DNA of 64,000 nucleotides. Source: Sminthopsis crassicaudata (Eukaryota). Below the pieces are notes generated by a model, which did no database searches, was not told the origin of the DNA, and worked only from the letters and a program-made list of their open reading frames with translations. Below are positions 1-12,224 of this stretch, piece by piece. Position 1 is the first letter of the stretch; every line of letters begins with the position of its first letter. A program made the position numbers and the translations under genes. The stretch is from contig NC_133618.1 of NCBI RefSeq assembly GCF_048593235.1, positions 471,579,294 through 471,643,293 of the forward strand. Direction: 5' to 3'.

Positions 1-454
1 CAAACAATGGCACAAAAATGTGAAAGCTATCCTTTGAAAGTTAATCCTATTGGGTAAGTACCAGGGTATTTGATTTACTGTGAACAAAAAAGCCATAAAA
101 GATTTTTTTTGTATATTTAGCTTCTTCAGGAAGAAATTACCCAAGTTTCGGGTTTTGTTTTGTTTTGTCATTTTTATTTTGCTGTTATTAAGAAAAGCAT
201 AAATGAGCAGTTTAAAAGAAAGTAACAATGAATTCTAAACTCATGTTTAAGGAATTGATGCCTCTAGTAGGCCCAGCCCTCCTACTAGAAATGAATTGCC
301 ACAGAGTCCCAAGAAGCAGCACAGCACATTAAATTTTTTTTGTGTGTGAAAACCTTCATGTTTAGATTACTATTTACGTACAGTGATGCCAATTTTAAAC
401 ACTCATGTCCAATTTTACTGCAGAGATCATCATTCTGCTAGTTGTCCAATGTAA
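1..454 (+). CDS. Possible last two coding exons of an unidentified + strand gene (..QTMAQKCESYPLKVNPIG/DHHSASCPM*)
   Basis: Donor GG|gtaagta at 53/54, acceptor ttttactgcag at 423, phases compatible, stop 452-454, AATAAA near 880. No family recognised. Confidence 0.25.
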
Positions 455-1917
455 ATAGCATGGAGTCAACTCTAACTCCCATTTTTTATTTTTTTCTGAT
501 GAACCAATTATTCTTTTTTCTTCACATATGTCAAAAGTTTCCCTTAAGCACTGCTTGTCTGTATCAAGACCAATTCTAAACTCCTCAAGCTGACATTCAA
601 GATCCTTCATAAAATGACCTTTAATACACTGCCAATCTACTTTTCACTATTTCCATACTGTACCTTTCACTGCAGTCTCCTCTGTGGTTTGTTGAGATAA
701 TTCAGCTCTAATCCTCTGCTTATAATACCCTCTGCCATTCTCTGTAACTATACAAAACTCTTCTTCATCAAGGTTAGTTCTAATCTCACTTCTTTCAGAA
801 AGTCCTTTCATTTTACTTTTCCTTTAGCTTTGAGTTGTAGAACTATGAATTTTTCTTAAATTTTTTTACCTATGTTAAAAATAAAAATGTCATTTGATGT
901 TTATATCTTTCCAATGAGCCTTTAAAAAGAAAGATTATGTTAATTCTTTTGGTTTGTTCACAGGTTCAAGTTCAGTTCTAAGAATACAGTATGATTGAAT
1001 AATCTTCTAACAATTTGATGGTAGGCAGAGGAAGAGAAAGTCAATGACGAATGGCACCAGACAAATTGGGAACACTTCTAATTTGCCGGGATCAAACAAT
1101 TGGGGCCCAAGTGCCTTCATGAGATCTGGGGACAAAGGAAAGAGCAATTTCCACTCTTTGAGACTAGAGATATGGTATTTTAGGAGAGAGAAAGTCCAAC
1201 TCACCTGGGATTTTGCTGTCAGAAGTGCAGAGTTCATCCTCCCCTGCTCAGTACTCTCTTGTTGGGGAAGGACAAAGTCTGGAGAAGACAGAGCTGGGGA
1301 TGAGAAAGAAGCCATCAGAGACCTCCTCCTGTCCTGTAGATCTCTTATCAGGCTAGAAATTCTCACAGAAAATGGTGTGATGTTACACCCTCACTCCCCA
1401 AACACTTTGTGAAAAGCAGGAAAGTGAAATTAAGTCCAGGATCAAAAAGAAGTCCCACTGACCTGAGTCCTCTTATCTTTTTGGAGCTATTAGCTTCTAG
1501 ATGTTTCATCTATTATTTATGGTCCCAATTAAAGATCATTCTTGAAGACAATCTGACCACTCAAGGTACAGTTCTCAAAACTTTTATTAAATTGAGAGCT
1601 ACTCTATGATTTCTTATCAATGAAAGCCAAAGCATTTTGTTACACAACTTCCTATGGTATTGCAATCTTAAAATCCCCATTCTTTCCTGAACTGCTTTAG
1701 GGGAGGGATTAAGTTAAGAATCAGTAGAATATTTCACTTCCTTCCCAGAAACATCCCTTTGAGAAATCAGAGAGAGCAGTGCAATTTTCTAAGGGGAAAA
1801 GCAATTACATGAGAAAAAAAAAATTCTACATGGTTAAGACTCTGGCAATCGATTCCAGATGCAATTTTTTTCCTGGATCATTCATATCTTCTTCTTTGTT
1901 ACGCTCAAAATACTTAC

Positions 1918-2203
1918 CTTTCTCCTCAAGATCAATCCTTCAAATCACCTACTACTCACTGGATTCTTAATGTTGCAGTGCCCGGTTAGGAATTGTTCTG
2001 GCAACAGCCCTCAAAGACATACACTTTCTTTCTTCTAGGTTATGCTTGGATACTTTGAGCAAAAGTTTCTCCACTTGGGATGGATTCCAGGTCTGTAGGT
2101 CATGAGAATTCAGAAGAAAGGTCACTTTACTTTGGTGGTGAACTGCAGTAGAGAGTCCTTCTTCTGGTGCCCCCAGCTGTATACTTTATAGAATCTCTGG
2201 AGG
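1918..2203 (-). other. Candidate non-coding or 5'UTR exon downstream of the CpG island
   Basis: Acceptor tcttttctttgttcag, donor AAG|gtaagta; upstream candidate donor CAG|gtattt at 3352/3351. No recognisable coding frame. Confidence 0.35.
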
Positions 2204-3179
2204 ACTGAACAAAGAAAAGATGGAGTCAGCAAAAGGAACCTGGCAGCTCTGCTAATGGGTTAAGACCTAAAGTAGAAAAAGTAGTCAGAGCTATGCAAAC
2301 AGGTATATGTTGAATCATAATTTTGTTCATTTAGCAAACTGGCAAAGCATACCTACAATGATCAAAGCTTTATGCAAGCTGCTGTAGGGCATACAGAAAC
2401 GAATAAAACAAGGTCTCTGGCCTTCAAGAACTGAAGATCTAGTACACTGATGTTGTCCAGCATATGATGCTGAAGAGTCACTGTCAAGAGCTCCTCGAAC
2501 TGATTCTCACAGTCTCTTAGACCGACACTGGTGACGAGGATTCTTCTCTGACACACATACACTGGCTCCCACTGCACAAAAACCACCACCTTGATTCCGG
2601 TATTAGAAGCCCTTTACAAACTCGCTTCATTAAAGCTTTCTAGCTGTAATTCATAAAACACCAGCGTGGGAACGGCATGTTCTACAATCTAACAATCCTG
2701 GACTATCCCTCAATCTCTTCTTAGACCACCTTTTCCTACCCGGAGCATTTAATACCGTAATCAAAATCTACAATTAGATTGGACTTCGGCCCCCCAAATC
2801 CACCTACCGAAGCCCTTCTTTTCCTTCAAGTCTCTCTCTCCTTAAATTTACCCTGGCATTTATCCAGGACCTCTCCATTGTACTTATCACACTACCCTTC
2901 AGGTCAAAGCTCCGTGGATACACGCACGTCTTTTATTCCTCATGAAATCATATGGCAGGGGAGGGAGAGAGGTCTGTATTTTATGGGGGATCTTTGTATC
3001 CCCGATGTCTCTCCAATGACATACACAGAATAGGTAATTAATAGTTATTGGTGACAGGAAACCAAGGGGATCTTAACTCCTTTACACAAATGAAGCCCAT
3101 ACAAAAGAGGGCTTTTGTTTTTCTAGGTACAACACACACAAACACACTCACACACACATCTCTCCCCATCCCCATCCCC

Positions 3180-3900
3180 ATCCCCAACTCCCGGGCCTTC
3201 TCAGTAGTTAAGCCCGCCCCTTGTCCCGCCCCTCTCAAGGGAAGGAACGGCCCAGATCGCACGCTACGCTCCAGGCCCCTAAGTTTCCTCCCGGACCCGC
3301 CCAGTTCGGGTTCAGGGTGCGGCGAGGAATTGGGCCCGGGTCACTAAATACCTGGAATTGGGTCCGGGGCCTGGCCTGACCTCAGATAAAGAACTGGTTC
3401 GAGGCCAAAGAACCAATCATGGCGTCGAAGCTGCGCGCGCATCCTCATGTCGTCTCAGAAGGAAGGGGGGAGCAGAGCCTGTGCCCTAGGCGCGTCGGGA
3501 CTACCACATCCACAATGCATCGCTTCCGTTTTCTGGCGGGTTCCTGGGTAAAAGATCTTGCGGCTTCGCACCGCTAAGTCCATTCCTCCTCTAGTACCCG
3601 GGATAACGGTCTGAGCTCTTTACTGAGAGCACGTGGACGCCAAAAAAACTAAACTCTGCAGGAAGTGATCGATTTTTCGACAATCACAGGTCGTGGTCAT
3701 TGAAATTTCCTCTCTCGTTCCCACCCTATCGTTTATCACGAAATGTTTCTTTGATTGTAGCTAAAGCCCGCCCTTCCGGTTCTGTTTCTGGGTCTGTAGA
3801 ATCCAGCAATGGTCGGTTTTTGTAGCGGGGAGTTGTAACGGACTAGAGCTGAAAAGAGGGCAGTGGTTGTAACACTGAAAGAGTGGCAGAAAAGGCATTT
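3180..3900. promoter_or_regulatory. CpG-island promoter, possibly bidirectional
   Basis: CpG-dense in an otherwise CpG-poor window. GC boxes 3213-3220 and 3225-3232, CCAAT 3413-3417, YY1-like catggcg 3418-3424, NRF1-like tgcgcgcgca 3432-3441, ZNF143/SBS-like ggactac...aatgca ~3498-3519, ETS-type cttccg/ggaagt sites. Confidence 0.75.
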
Positions 3901-4029
3901 CGTTAGGAGTCGGTGGGTGGGACGGAAGGATTCCATCCGCTTTTAGCAAGCAGAAACATCTCTGCAGAGGTAGGGTTAGATGCGCGTTTACAAGGGGAAC
4001 TAGTTGCCTCAGTGTCCTGTCTGAAAAGT

Positions 4030-4130
4030 GAGCTAGAGAAAGAAATGGCAACCCAATGCAAGGAAACTTCCAAAAGAGAACACGGAGCTCCAGACACAAT
4101 TGAAAAAGCTACGGAGCAGAAACTGGGCTG
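4030..4130 (+). mobile_element. RTE-related (Mar1-like) SINE 3' fragment
   Basis: gagaaagaaatggcaaccc...cagacacaattgaaaaagctacggagcag resembles the RTE/Bov-B-type tail. Confidence 0.45.
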
Positions 4131-5007
4131 GGAAGGGGCCTCCGCTTTTTGTGGGGGACCTCTACGTGGAGGAGGGACACGAGGAGGGCGGGGCCAACGT
4201 CATTGGAAAGGAGGATTGGACCCGCTATGAAAGCTGGATGTGTCGGAACCAATAGACTCCTAATTAGGAGAAACTGATTAATCTGAAGGCCTTTAGGAAC
4301 ATGGAAGGACTAAAGAAACAGACCATAATTTAGACTTTTAAGAAGGTTTTAACCACTAGGGCCCTAAGCTCTTTTTTTTTTTTTAAAGGCAGCGAGTCAC
4401 TAATATTAGGAGAAGATAACTTTAATTTTTTGTCTTCTAGAGAGTTGGGATAAATAAAGAAAAAAAATTGGAATCCGAAGAGGCTTTTTTTGAGTAGAAA
4501 AGTGGAAATAAAAGGGAGAACCCAACATCTAAGGCAGAGACTTGGAAATTTAATATTTTTGTAAATGATCTGAATGAGGAAGTACATAGTAAAATTTTCA
4601 AGCCCTCAGCAGAGATGCCAGGTTCATGGAAAATAAATTTCAAAAGACTCTTTAACTTCTTGGAGTACCTTAAGGCATCCATCCTAGTCTTGCAACTCAC
4701 ATGTGGATCTACCCAGACAAGCTACCTTAAGTTCAAGGTAGTCTGTGAGTCTGTATCTTTTCAAACCCATAGCTCCTAGCTCTTTATAGATAAGCCCATT
4801 TTAGTGACAAATCCCCTGTGTTAGTACAGGCAGTACTTTCTAATACTTCTGGTTTCTACCCCAACCTTTGAATCTTGGGAAGGAGAGGCTTTAAGAAAGA
4901 AATTTCCCTAGGGAATGATTGCCTATCCCTACTGGCAAGATTCTTGAACCACTTTCATTCACAGGGATCATTAAGGCACCCTTGGGAAGGAAGTGATGTC
5001 TTCATAC

Positions 5008-6351
5008 CTTACATCTTCCAGAAATCACACTTGATACGCAGTTCTCCAAATGACATTCACTTTATTATTTTCAAGTGTTGCATATTCAACCATAATCTGA
5101 AACAAATATTTGTGGTAATGAGACAATTCCACCTAGCTAAGAAGGTACATAGATGAGAGTATGTGGTGTGTTCTTAGCTATTAGGCACTCTCATCACATA
5201 TGTGGGCGTTTCTTACAATTTAAGCATACCCAGCTGACATTTGTATCCAACATGTATCCTAAGGGTCTCTTCTGAAACCTGAATGCTTGATGAAGAGGAT
5301 TTCTTTTTCTGTAGGCCACAGATCCCAGTTGTTAGTAGGGATGAATTCACTAGGTTATACCAAAAGATACTTGATTTTGGTAGTAATATGATGATTTCCC
5401 ATTCCTTTGCCATGAAGATGTAACCTTAGTCATTCCATTCCTCATTCCACTTGAAAAGCAATATAGAAGTCATATAGCAATGGGATTGTCTTATTCATAA
5501 GCGAGGAAATGAGAATGTAAAATAAATTTTTCCTTTCTCATCTTAATCCACTCAATCGAGAGAGTGTGATATTGAACCATAGCAGGCCGCAAAGAAAAAA
5601 CTTAGAATATGGTGAAATAAGATTAATTTCCCAGAAGTTCTGAAACTGGCCTTTAGCCATCTTAGTAAGGTGAAAAGACATTGTCTCCACATCAGCATTT
5701 CCTAATTGTGGACAACTTTCCAGGCTATTAAGATTCAGATTGTGATTCTTTTTTGATGAGGGAAGCTAATGGATAGAAAAGTCAACTATGTCAAAGATAT
5801 ACCTCCCCCCAAAATGCAATGAAGGAAGATGAAAAATCTTATTGATTCCCTAGTTTCCATAGCCTCCTAGCAAAGCTACATAATCCACAGAAATTCCCCT
5901 AAGTAGAAGGAAAGTACTCCCACCTCCTAATTTAGATCCTATCTGAGAGGATACCAAAGCCATTATTAAAATGTAGACTGAATATACATAAGCATGACAA
6001 TGTTTCCTACTTATTTTTAATGATCCAGACTTCTAACTACCTGGATTTTCTCTTTTGTATACATGGCCCATAACCACGATCCAATTGCTGCAGTACTGTT
6101 TATATTAAACTCCTGGAAAATGCAAGGTGGTGATAAAACAAAAATCTAGGGCAGAATTCTGGATAGATTCACTACATACTTCATTGACAAAAACCAGTAG
6201 GATAACCTCCTGCTATTAATTGAGCAACTAATACAGATATTGGCTTCAGCCATACCTTGCATGACAGAAAATTCATCTTCCGGGCAAGGTCTGCAATTCC
6301 AGTGACTTTAATAAGTGCATACTCAAATCTTTTGGAGTACTTAGGATATTT
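5008..6351 (-). other. Three candidate exons of an unidentified gene or pseudogene
   Basis: 6351-6256 (96 nt, KYPKYSKRFEYALIKVTGIADLARKMNFLSCK), 6112-6041 (72 nt, EFNINSTAAIGSWLWAMYTKEKIQ), 5096-5008 (89 nt, IMVEYATLENNKVNVIWRTAYQV*); each has a pyrimidine-tract AG and a GT donor, all entered in phase 0. Confidence 0.3.
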
Positions 6352-6955
6352 CTGAAATAGAAAATTGCATGTAAAACTCTCACTTTCCAAGTCCATGAAG
6401 TCATCTATCCCAAGTTTCAAATTGTGTTATATGACATTTGATAATTATTGTCTTATTTTCCCCTAGTATTCTCTAATATTTCTCATTGGTCTGAAAGAGT
6501 TTTTAATTATTATATGTTGAATACAGAATCAACCAGTGTTTTAGAATTTTCCCATAGTAATGCTAAGATGGGGCTTGCCATGAGCTCTCTTTGCCCTAAC
6601 TTTCTGAATGCTTAAGAACATTGTCTAGACTCTGGAAGCTTGGGCATGTTTCATAGGAGACAAATTGCCTCAAATCAAATACAAAAAATCTGGACCCTAT
6701 GGCCCAGAGACATATGATTCTAATATGTGGAACTGGCAACTTTAACCTAGGAAAGAAGTTAGGGATCATCCAATTCGTACCTAAGCAATAACTTCCTCTA
6801 AAATATTTCTGTGGAGCTGTCTCTTGAAGACCTCAGTCAATTTAGCAGTGGTAGCCTAAGTCATGAATAGTTCAAATTGGTAAGAAGTTTTTCTTTTTTG
6901 TGGAGTCAAGAACTAATGTTCCAATCTTTGCTCTGAAGCATGATTTAGGCAGAAA

Positions 6956-7500
6956 TGTAAGCCAAGTTGATTGGTTTTTGTTAGGTTCTTACTAAGTGTT
7001 AATGAGATAATGAGATGATAGGTTCTTACTATGTGCTAAGTTGGTACTTAACAATTCTCTAGTTCCCGCCTTTACTGGGAGTTTAACCCCTTTGAACTTC
7101 TGGGGAGGAGCTTGCATGGTTAGGAGGAGCAAGTTCATTGGTTGAAGTATTTTTTCCCAGAAGCCCCTGAGTTATTCCATGCCCATTCTCTGGGAGGATA
7201 AAAGAAGCAACATTGAGCAAGTTAAGAAGAGTCTTGTCTGGGCCAGATCTGGGGCGGCTCTCTGGAGGAACAAAGAGTCTCTACACGAAGTCAGTTAGCC
7301 GCAGTTGAGACAGCATATCTCCTCCCAGAGAGTTTCTGGAGTTTCTGGAGACAACAGAACATTACATATTGGTGCCCAACGTGAGGCGAGGACTTTTGCC
7401 TATCCTGACAAGGACTTATTCTGAGCCCTTCAGAGGAGCTAGCCCAGACCTTTGCATTTAAGAACTTATTCTGAGCCCTTCAGAGGAGCTAGACCTGACC
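6956..7500 (+). mobile_element. Truncated ERV: 5' LTR (~6956-7366), tRNA-Lys-type PBS (7370-7387) and start of leader
   Basis: tg...ca bounded segment followed by tggtgcccaacgtgaggc (close to the ERV2/ERVK PBS TGGCGCCCAACGTGGGGC); 29 bp direct repeat at 7414-7442 and 7464-7492. Left LTR edge is approximate. Confidence 0.65.
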
Positions 7501-8561
7501 ATCGCAGGTTTTCCACATGAATATGCACCGGAAGACACCAATTGTACTCATATATCTTTTTCTTATGTCTTCAGTTTTCCAAATGGCTTTAATCAAGCAA
7601 GATGTATCAGAGTTTGGAACTTTTTCACTGTGGTGCTAGCCATCCTCTGGTCAAAATTCAGTTTATTAACCAATATTTTTTCTTCAATGTGTCACCAAAA
7701 AATGACAATACTGTAGTAGAAGGCTTACTAGGAGGTAGTTCAAGGGAACTATGCCCTCTCTCAGTTTTGGATTACAAACATTTCCATCACCTAGAGCAGG
7801 AGTGGGCCATGTCTGGTCTGTGGTTATATCATTTGGTCTGGCCCTGACAAGACAACCAGAGGGAAAACTTGAAATTCACTAAATCTGGGGGTCTTTTTAA
7901 TAGCAAGGAACAAGCAAGGAATTTCCATTATAGGATAGGCAGCACACATACAAGTACATGACAGGATAGACATGTATATGCTTCTCATTGGCTGCCTATG
8001 GCTCCATCTGCCGGTATTGCAGTGACTTCAAGGGCGGTCAATGCCAGGCAAGCTGGAAGTATAAATGTTGCAAAAGTGTTAACACCCTGTGGTAAAACTA
8101 TGGCAATCCAGTAATGATGAGACTAGAAAGAATAGAATCATTTCAGGCTTGATCCAAATGATTTAATTATATGCCCCTGCCTCTTACAACAAGAAAGTCT
8201 GTGTACAGTCATTGTGGCTCAACAATGTGATGTCAACAGTAGTGTTTTGCATAAAATTTGTCAAAAGTAGAGGATTTAACAACCACCAATTTAACGAGTT
8301 ACTGAGTGATCTTGACTCATGTTATGATCTTATCTATCACACAAAGTGAGGTGACTGAGTCATGGGAAAATGCTCATGAGATTATTTGAATTGTGGGATG
8401 AAGTCAAGCAGTTCATGGAGATAAAGGGAAAACCTATCAGGGAATTCAATGGTAGCCAAGTAGCTATGTGCTCTGATTATTCCTGGGGAATATTACCAAG
8501 AACCTCTGAGAGTTGAACATCAAGCTGCAGGGCTCCAACCAGCTTCTCAGCTCCCTCTTTT

Positions 8562-8720
8562 CTTTTTTTTTTTTCTTTTTTTTTTAATTTTAGGCTGGGG
8601 TTAAGTGACTTGCCCAGGGTCACACAGCTAGGAAGTGTTAAGTGTCTGAGACCAGATTTGAACTCAGGTCCTCCTGAATTCAAGGTTGGTGCTCTATCCA
8701 CTGCGCCACCTAGCTGCCCC
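8562..8720 (-). mobile_element. WSINE1-type tRNA-derived SINE inserted in the hAT fossil
   Basis: Reverse complement of GGGGCAGCTAGGTGGCGCAGTGGATAGAGCACC... with A-tail; 17 bp TSD tctcagctccctctttt at 8545-8561 and 8721-8737. Confidence 0.9.
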
Positions 8721-8779
8721 TCTCAGCTCCCTCTTTTCAAACGTGAAATCGTTTGAAATTAAGTTAAGGATGTGGAAAG

Positions 8780-9121
8780 TGTGGCAACCACATTAGCACC
8801 CTGGATACCTTAAAATCAGCCAGAGTCAGGATAAGCAAAAGTCTTTATTCTTGGTCTTTAGTGGTAGAAGTCAAGGGGATGGACGCAGGATCTCTGTGAC
8901 CTCACCTCTTCCTCTCTCTCACAGAAGTGGCCCTCGCTAGTCTCACAACACCTCCTAGTCCCTCCCACAATTCTCTGTATACACCAAACGATTGGCCAGC
9001 ACAGGATAGTGGGAAGGGCCATTTTCCAAGCATATTCTTATATTGTCCAATTAGTAATTAGTCTTTAAGTGCTTGGTTGTCCAACCTCAGTGCATTAACT
9101 CAAGAGTTTCAACCCTTTACA
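8780..9121 (-). mobile_element. Solo LTR inserted in the hAT fossil
   Basis: tg...ca ends; exact 6 bp TSD ggaaag at 8774-8779 and 9122-9127; AATAAA and CCAAT on the minus strand. Confidence 0.8.
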
Positions 9122-11039
9122 GGAAAGTACAACTGAAAGGAATAACAGTGCATTTCCACACTCTGGAAGGCCAAAATTCTTCTATGATACTTGTATAAGA
9201 TGAATATGCAAAACTAATTTATTCATTTAATGAAAGATTCAAGGACATGAAAAGTAAACACATGGAATTGAACATCTTTGTTATACACTTCAATATGGAA
9301 CCAACTAATATGTCTGATAACCTAAAATATGAAATCATTCACCTGCAACATAATGATAAGCTGAAAGCTAGATACAACAACCTTCCACTGCTTGAGTTCT
9401 GTAAACATTATATAAGCAATAATGAATTTCCCATTATGAGGAGATATGCATTGAAATATGTATTTGTGCTTAGACAAACTTACTGCTGAGAAGAGTTCTT
9501 TTCAAAACTTACCATCGCAAAAGTTGACTGCCTTCCAGATTGACTGATGCAAACCTGGAAAAGCAGTTTTGTGAGTAACAACATCAATATCAGCTAACAA
9601 GATAAGTAGTTCTAGCCATCGTATTAGGGGTGAGTTAATTAAATGTTTGATCAAATATATCATCAGGCTAATTTTTAAGTTGACAATTTTGTGTGGCTCA
9701 TGAGTGATGTTATAAATATCCAAATGGACCTTGGCAGAGAAAGGTTCTTTATTGCTGACCCAGAAGAGGATTCTCCTAGAAGAGAAGATATTCTGTACTT
9801 CAGAATAGTTCTTCCCATATGTGGACTTGCACCATTTTTAGTCATTTCCCAGGACTATATATAGATCTCCCACATATGAACTAATTTTGAATGCCCAACA
9901 AAAGGAAGTAAGTCCAAGAGAAAGCCTCAGTGGAGATGCTTTCAGTACTAGTTAAGTAGCTATTGTCTATTATTGTCTATTGACATGGATGGGGTAGAAT
10001 CTACTCATTATGTAATGCTAGTGACCTTCCTTTATATTTTCACAATGCTTTAAAATAGAGATGTCTCCTTTTCAAAGACAAGTGGCAGTATCGAATGTCC
10101 ATTTCCCTCTCCTGTCCACTACCTCTATCAATCAGTGAGTGGTAAATCATGCCAACAAAAATCCAGTCTGACTCACATAAGGGCTAAGTAGGTGAGGCTG
10201 TGGACTTAGGTAAATGTGGAAAAGATTTGGAGAATGTGGAAAAAGAAGGTTAGTGAATCTTCAGATTCTTGGCACCTTTACCCCAATATTCTATTCCTAA
10301 TCTCATTCCAGTCTTCCCTTATATTAACTTATTTTAGAATCTTTAAATGCTTATTCACCTTAGTAGCCTATATTCCTGCATTTCCTCCACTGGCATCAAG
10401 CTAGCATGGCCCCAGGCAAAGAGACAATAAAGAATTTGGACTTTAAAACCTGGCTATTCTTTTGGTAAATACCAAAATACTCTACTGAAAAGAAGGCTGC
10501 TTGAAGACCTCCAAGACATGGGAAAGAGAACACTACATTCTTCCTCCATTGGGGAACTTCTCTTCCTTTGAGGCTGCTGCTATTCACAGCTACCATCCAC
10601 TGAAAATGCTGGTAATTTTTTTATGTACAAACTATACCTCTAAATCATTCTGCTTCATTCTGTGATCAGTTTGATACCTGGCTTACAGTTTGACTCCCCT
10701 CTACAACTGCTGCCCCAACTAAGGGACTTCTATGTCCTTATGGAGGTTTCCTCCAGTTCCTTAATCACTCACTTCCTCCACCTCCTTCCCTTTTATGAGG
10801 TGCTCCTCCATTGATATCAGTCTCACACTAAGATGATCATATCCTCAGTTTTGCCATCTCCCACCCCTGAGCCCTTTTATATTTCAGAATTCTTAAAACC
10901 AATTATACAACCATCATCCAAAGTCTTCTGTCCTGTCCTTCTGGGTTCTCTTACATAACCCTATTCTTCATCCTTAGCATGACCTCCAATCCTTTAACAC
11001 CTCAGTTCTCTTCCAGGTTACCTTCTCTGGGGGCCTTCC

Positions 11040-11175
11040 CCATTACAGTGGAAGTTTTTGAAGGCAGGGCCTATCTTATTGTCTCTTTGTTACCCTAGGT
11101 AATTTAGTGAGCTAAAAGCACACTGCCTGGCACATAATAGATGCGTGATAAAAATGTATTGAATTAATGAATTTA
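11040..11175 (+). mobile_element. L2 3' end fragment in intron 2 (repeated in every unit)
   Basis: gaaggcagggcctatctt...tgcctggcacataatagatg...gaattaatgaat is typical of an L2 terminus. Confidence 0.55.
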
Positions 11176-11185
11176 TCACACTTAC

Positions 11186-12224
11186 CTTGTCCCCAAAAGC
11201 ATTCATTTCTAGGTAGTAACTCTGATTCCCCACATTATACTGGTGATTGTGCTCCTTAATCAACTTCAAGTTCTGCTCCCATATTTTTCTCCTAAAAGGA
11301 TCCTCTTCCTATGAGAAAATTGAGAACCAAAGAGGTAATGGTAATAGAGAGATGGCCATGAGTTCTCTGCCTTAGAGTTGCAAGTTTACTGTCATATTTC
11401 CATGACTTTCAAAGCATGGGTATTTACCACTGGGAACATAAATTGTCTCTTCAACAACAAGTTAAAATTTAGTCACTTTCCATTTCCTTCCCTTTCCTGC
11501 AATATACAATTCTGTGATGTGGAATTAGCTACCTTAAATGAGGAAGTACCTCAGGGGTTGATTTAATCCAATCCATACCTAAATAGTCTTCTCTAAAATC
11601 TTTTTTTACCTCTGGATGGTACTCGATCGATCCATTTAATACATTCAAGCCACTTTGCAATAACATCCATTGCTAGGTAATTTCTCCTTATTATGATCTC
11701 AGATCTATTCATTCCAAGCAGTTTTCTAAAGTTTACATTGTAGAAAAAAGTAACTAAGCTGAATAAACTTTATTGCCTTCCTATAAGTGCATGTACTAGA
11801 AGTCACCCATGGTAGTTATAACTGTAATTCTTTTGACTTTCAGTTTCCAAGTAACTTCAACTAAACAGCATTTGTTAGTGTTTCAATTTTCTCATCTTTG
11901 TTGTAGCCATCTCATGGCCAAATTTCCTTTTTGTCCAGGTGATTTCTCCTATTGGTTGCCAAAAAACTGAACTCAGTGCTGCAAAGAGAGGTCTCAGTAG
12001 GGTAGAGTTCAGAGGAACTATCCCCTCCCTTGGATCTTTGAGGTATGCACATTTCCATGTATTACATACAGATTCTCACAAAATAGATGAACACTTACCT
12101 TAGTATAATTCCTCCCATAGGTGGACTTAAACAGTTCCCATTCTGTGTCCAGCTTTGTGTTTCTTGTTGGAAGACAATATGAAAGTCCCAAGAAAAGGGA
12201 AACAAGACAAAAGAATAGTCTCAT
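11186..12224 (-). pseudogene. Orphan 5' fragment of the cathepsin gene (exons 1-2: signal peptide plus most of the I29 prodomain)
   Basis: Exons 12224-12099 and 11308-11186 match the complete copies with intact splice sites. Homology stops at 10355 and I found no exon 3-7 motifs in 1-10354. Confidence 0.85.

Larger units (their letters stand above)
7797..9757 (+). mobile_element. Degenerate hAT (Charlie-like) DNA transposon
   Basis: Broken transposase motifs (QESLC-like, TKVRxLSHGKMLMRLFEL, ELNIKLQG, TYC*EEFFSKL, LTDANLEKQ); CAG...CTG ends; flanks acctagag / acccagaa (6 of 8 match, ctag core typical of Charlie). Confidence 0.75.

Noticed and set aside
1007-1412. Overlapping 119-aa and 122-aa ORFs on opposite strands
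   Set aside because: No recognisable domain or splice context; probably chance frames in decayed repeat DNA.
1-3900. HORMAD1 as downstream neighbour, expected if this were the CTSS/CTSK locus
   Set aside because: No HORMAD1-like coding exon found, so synteny cannot be claimed.
4545-4600. CR1/L3 reverse-transcriptase-like scrap (FNIFVNDLNEE)
   Set aside because: Too short to support a call.
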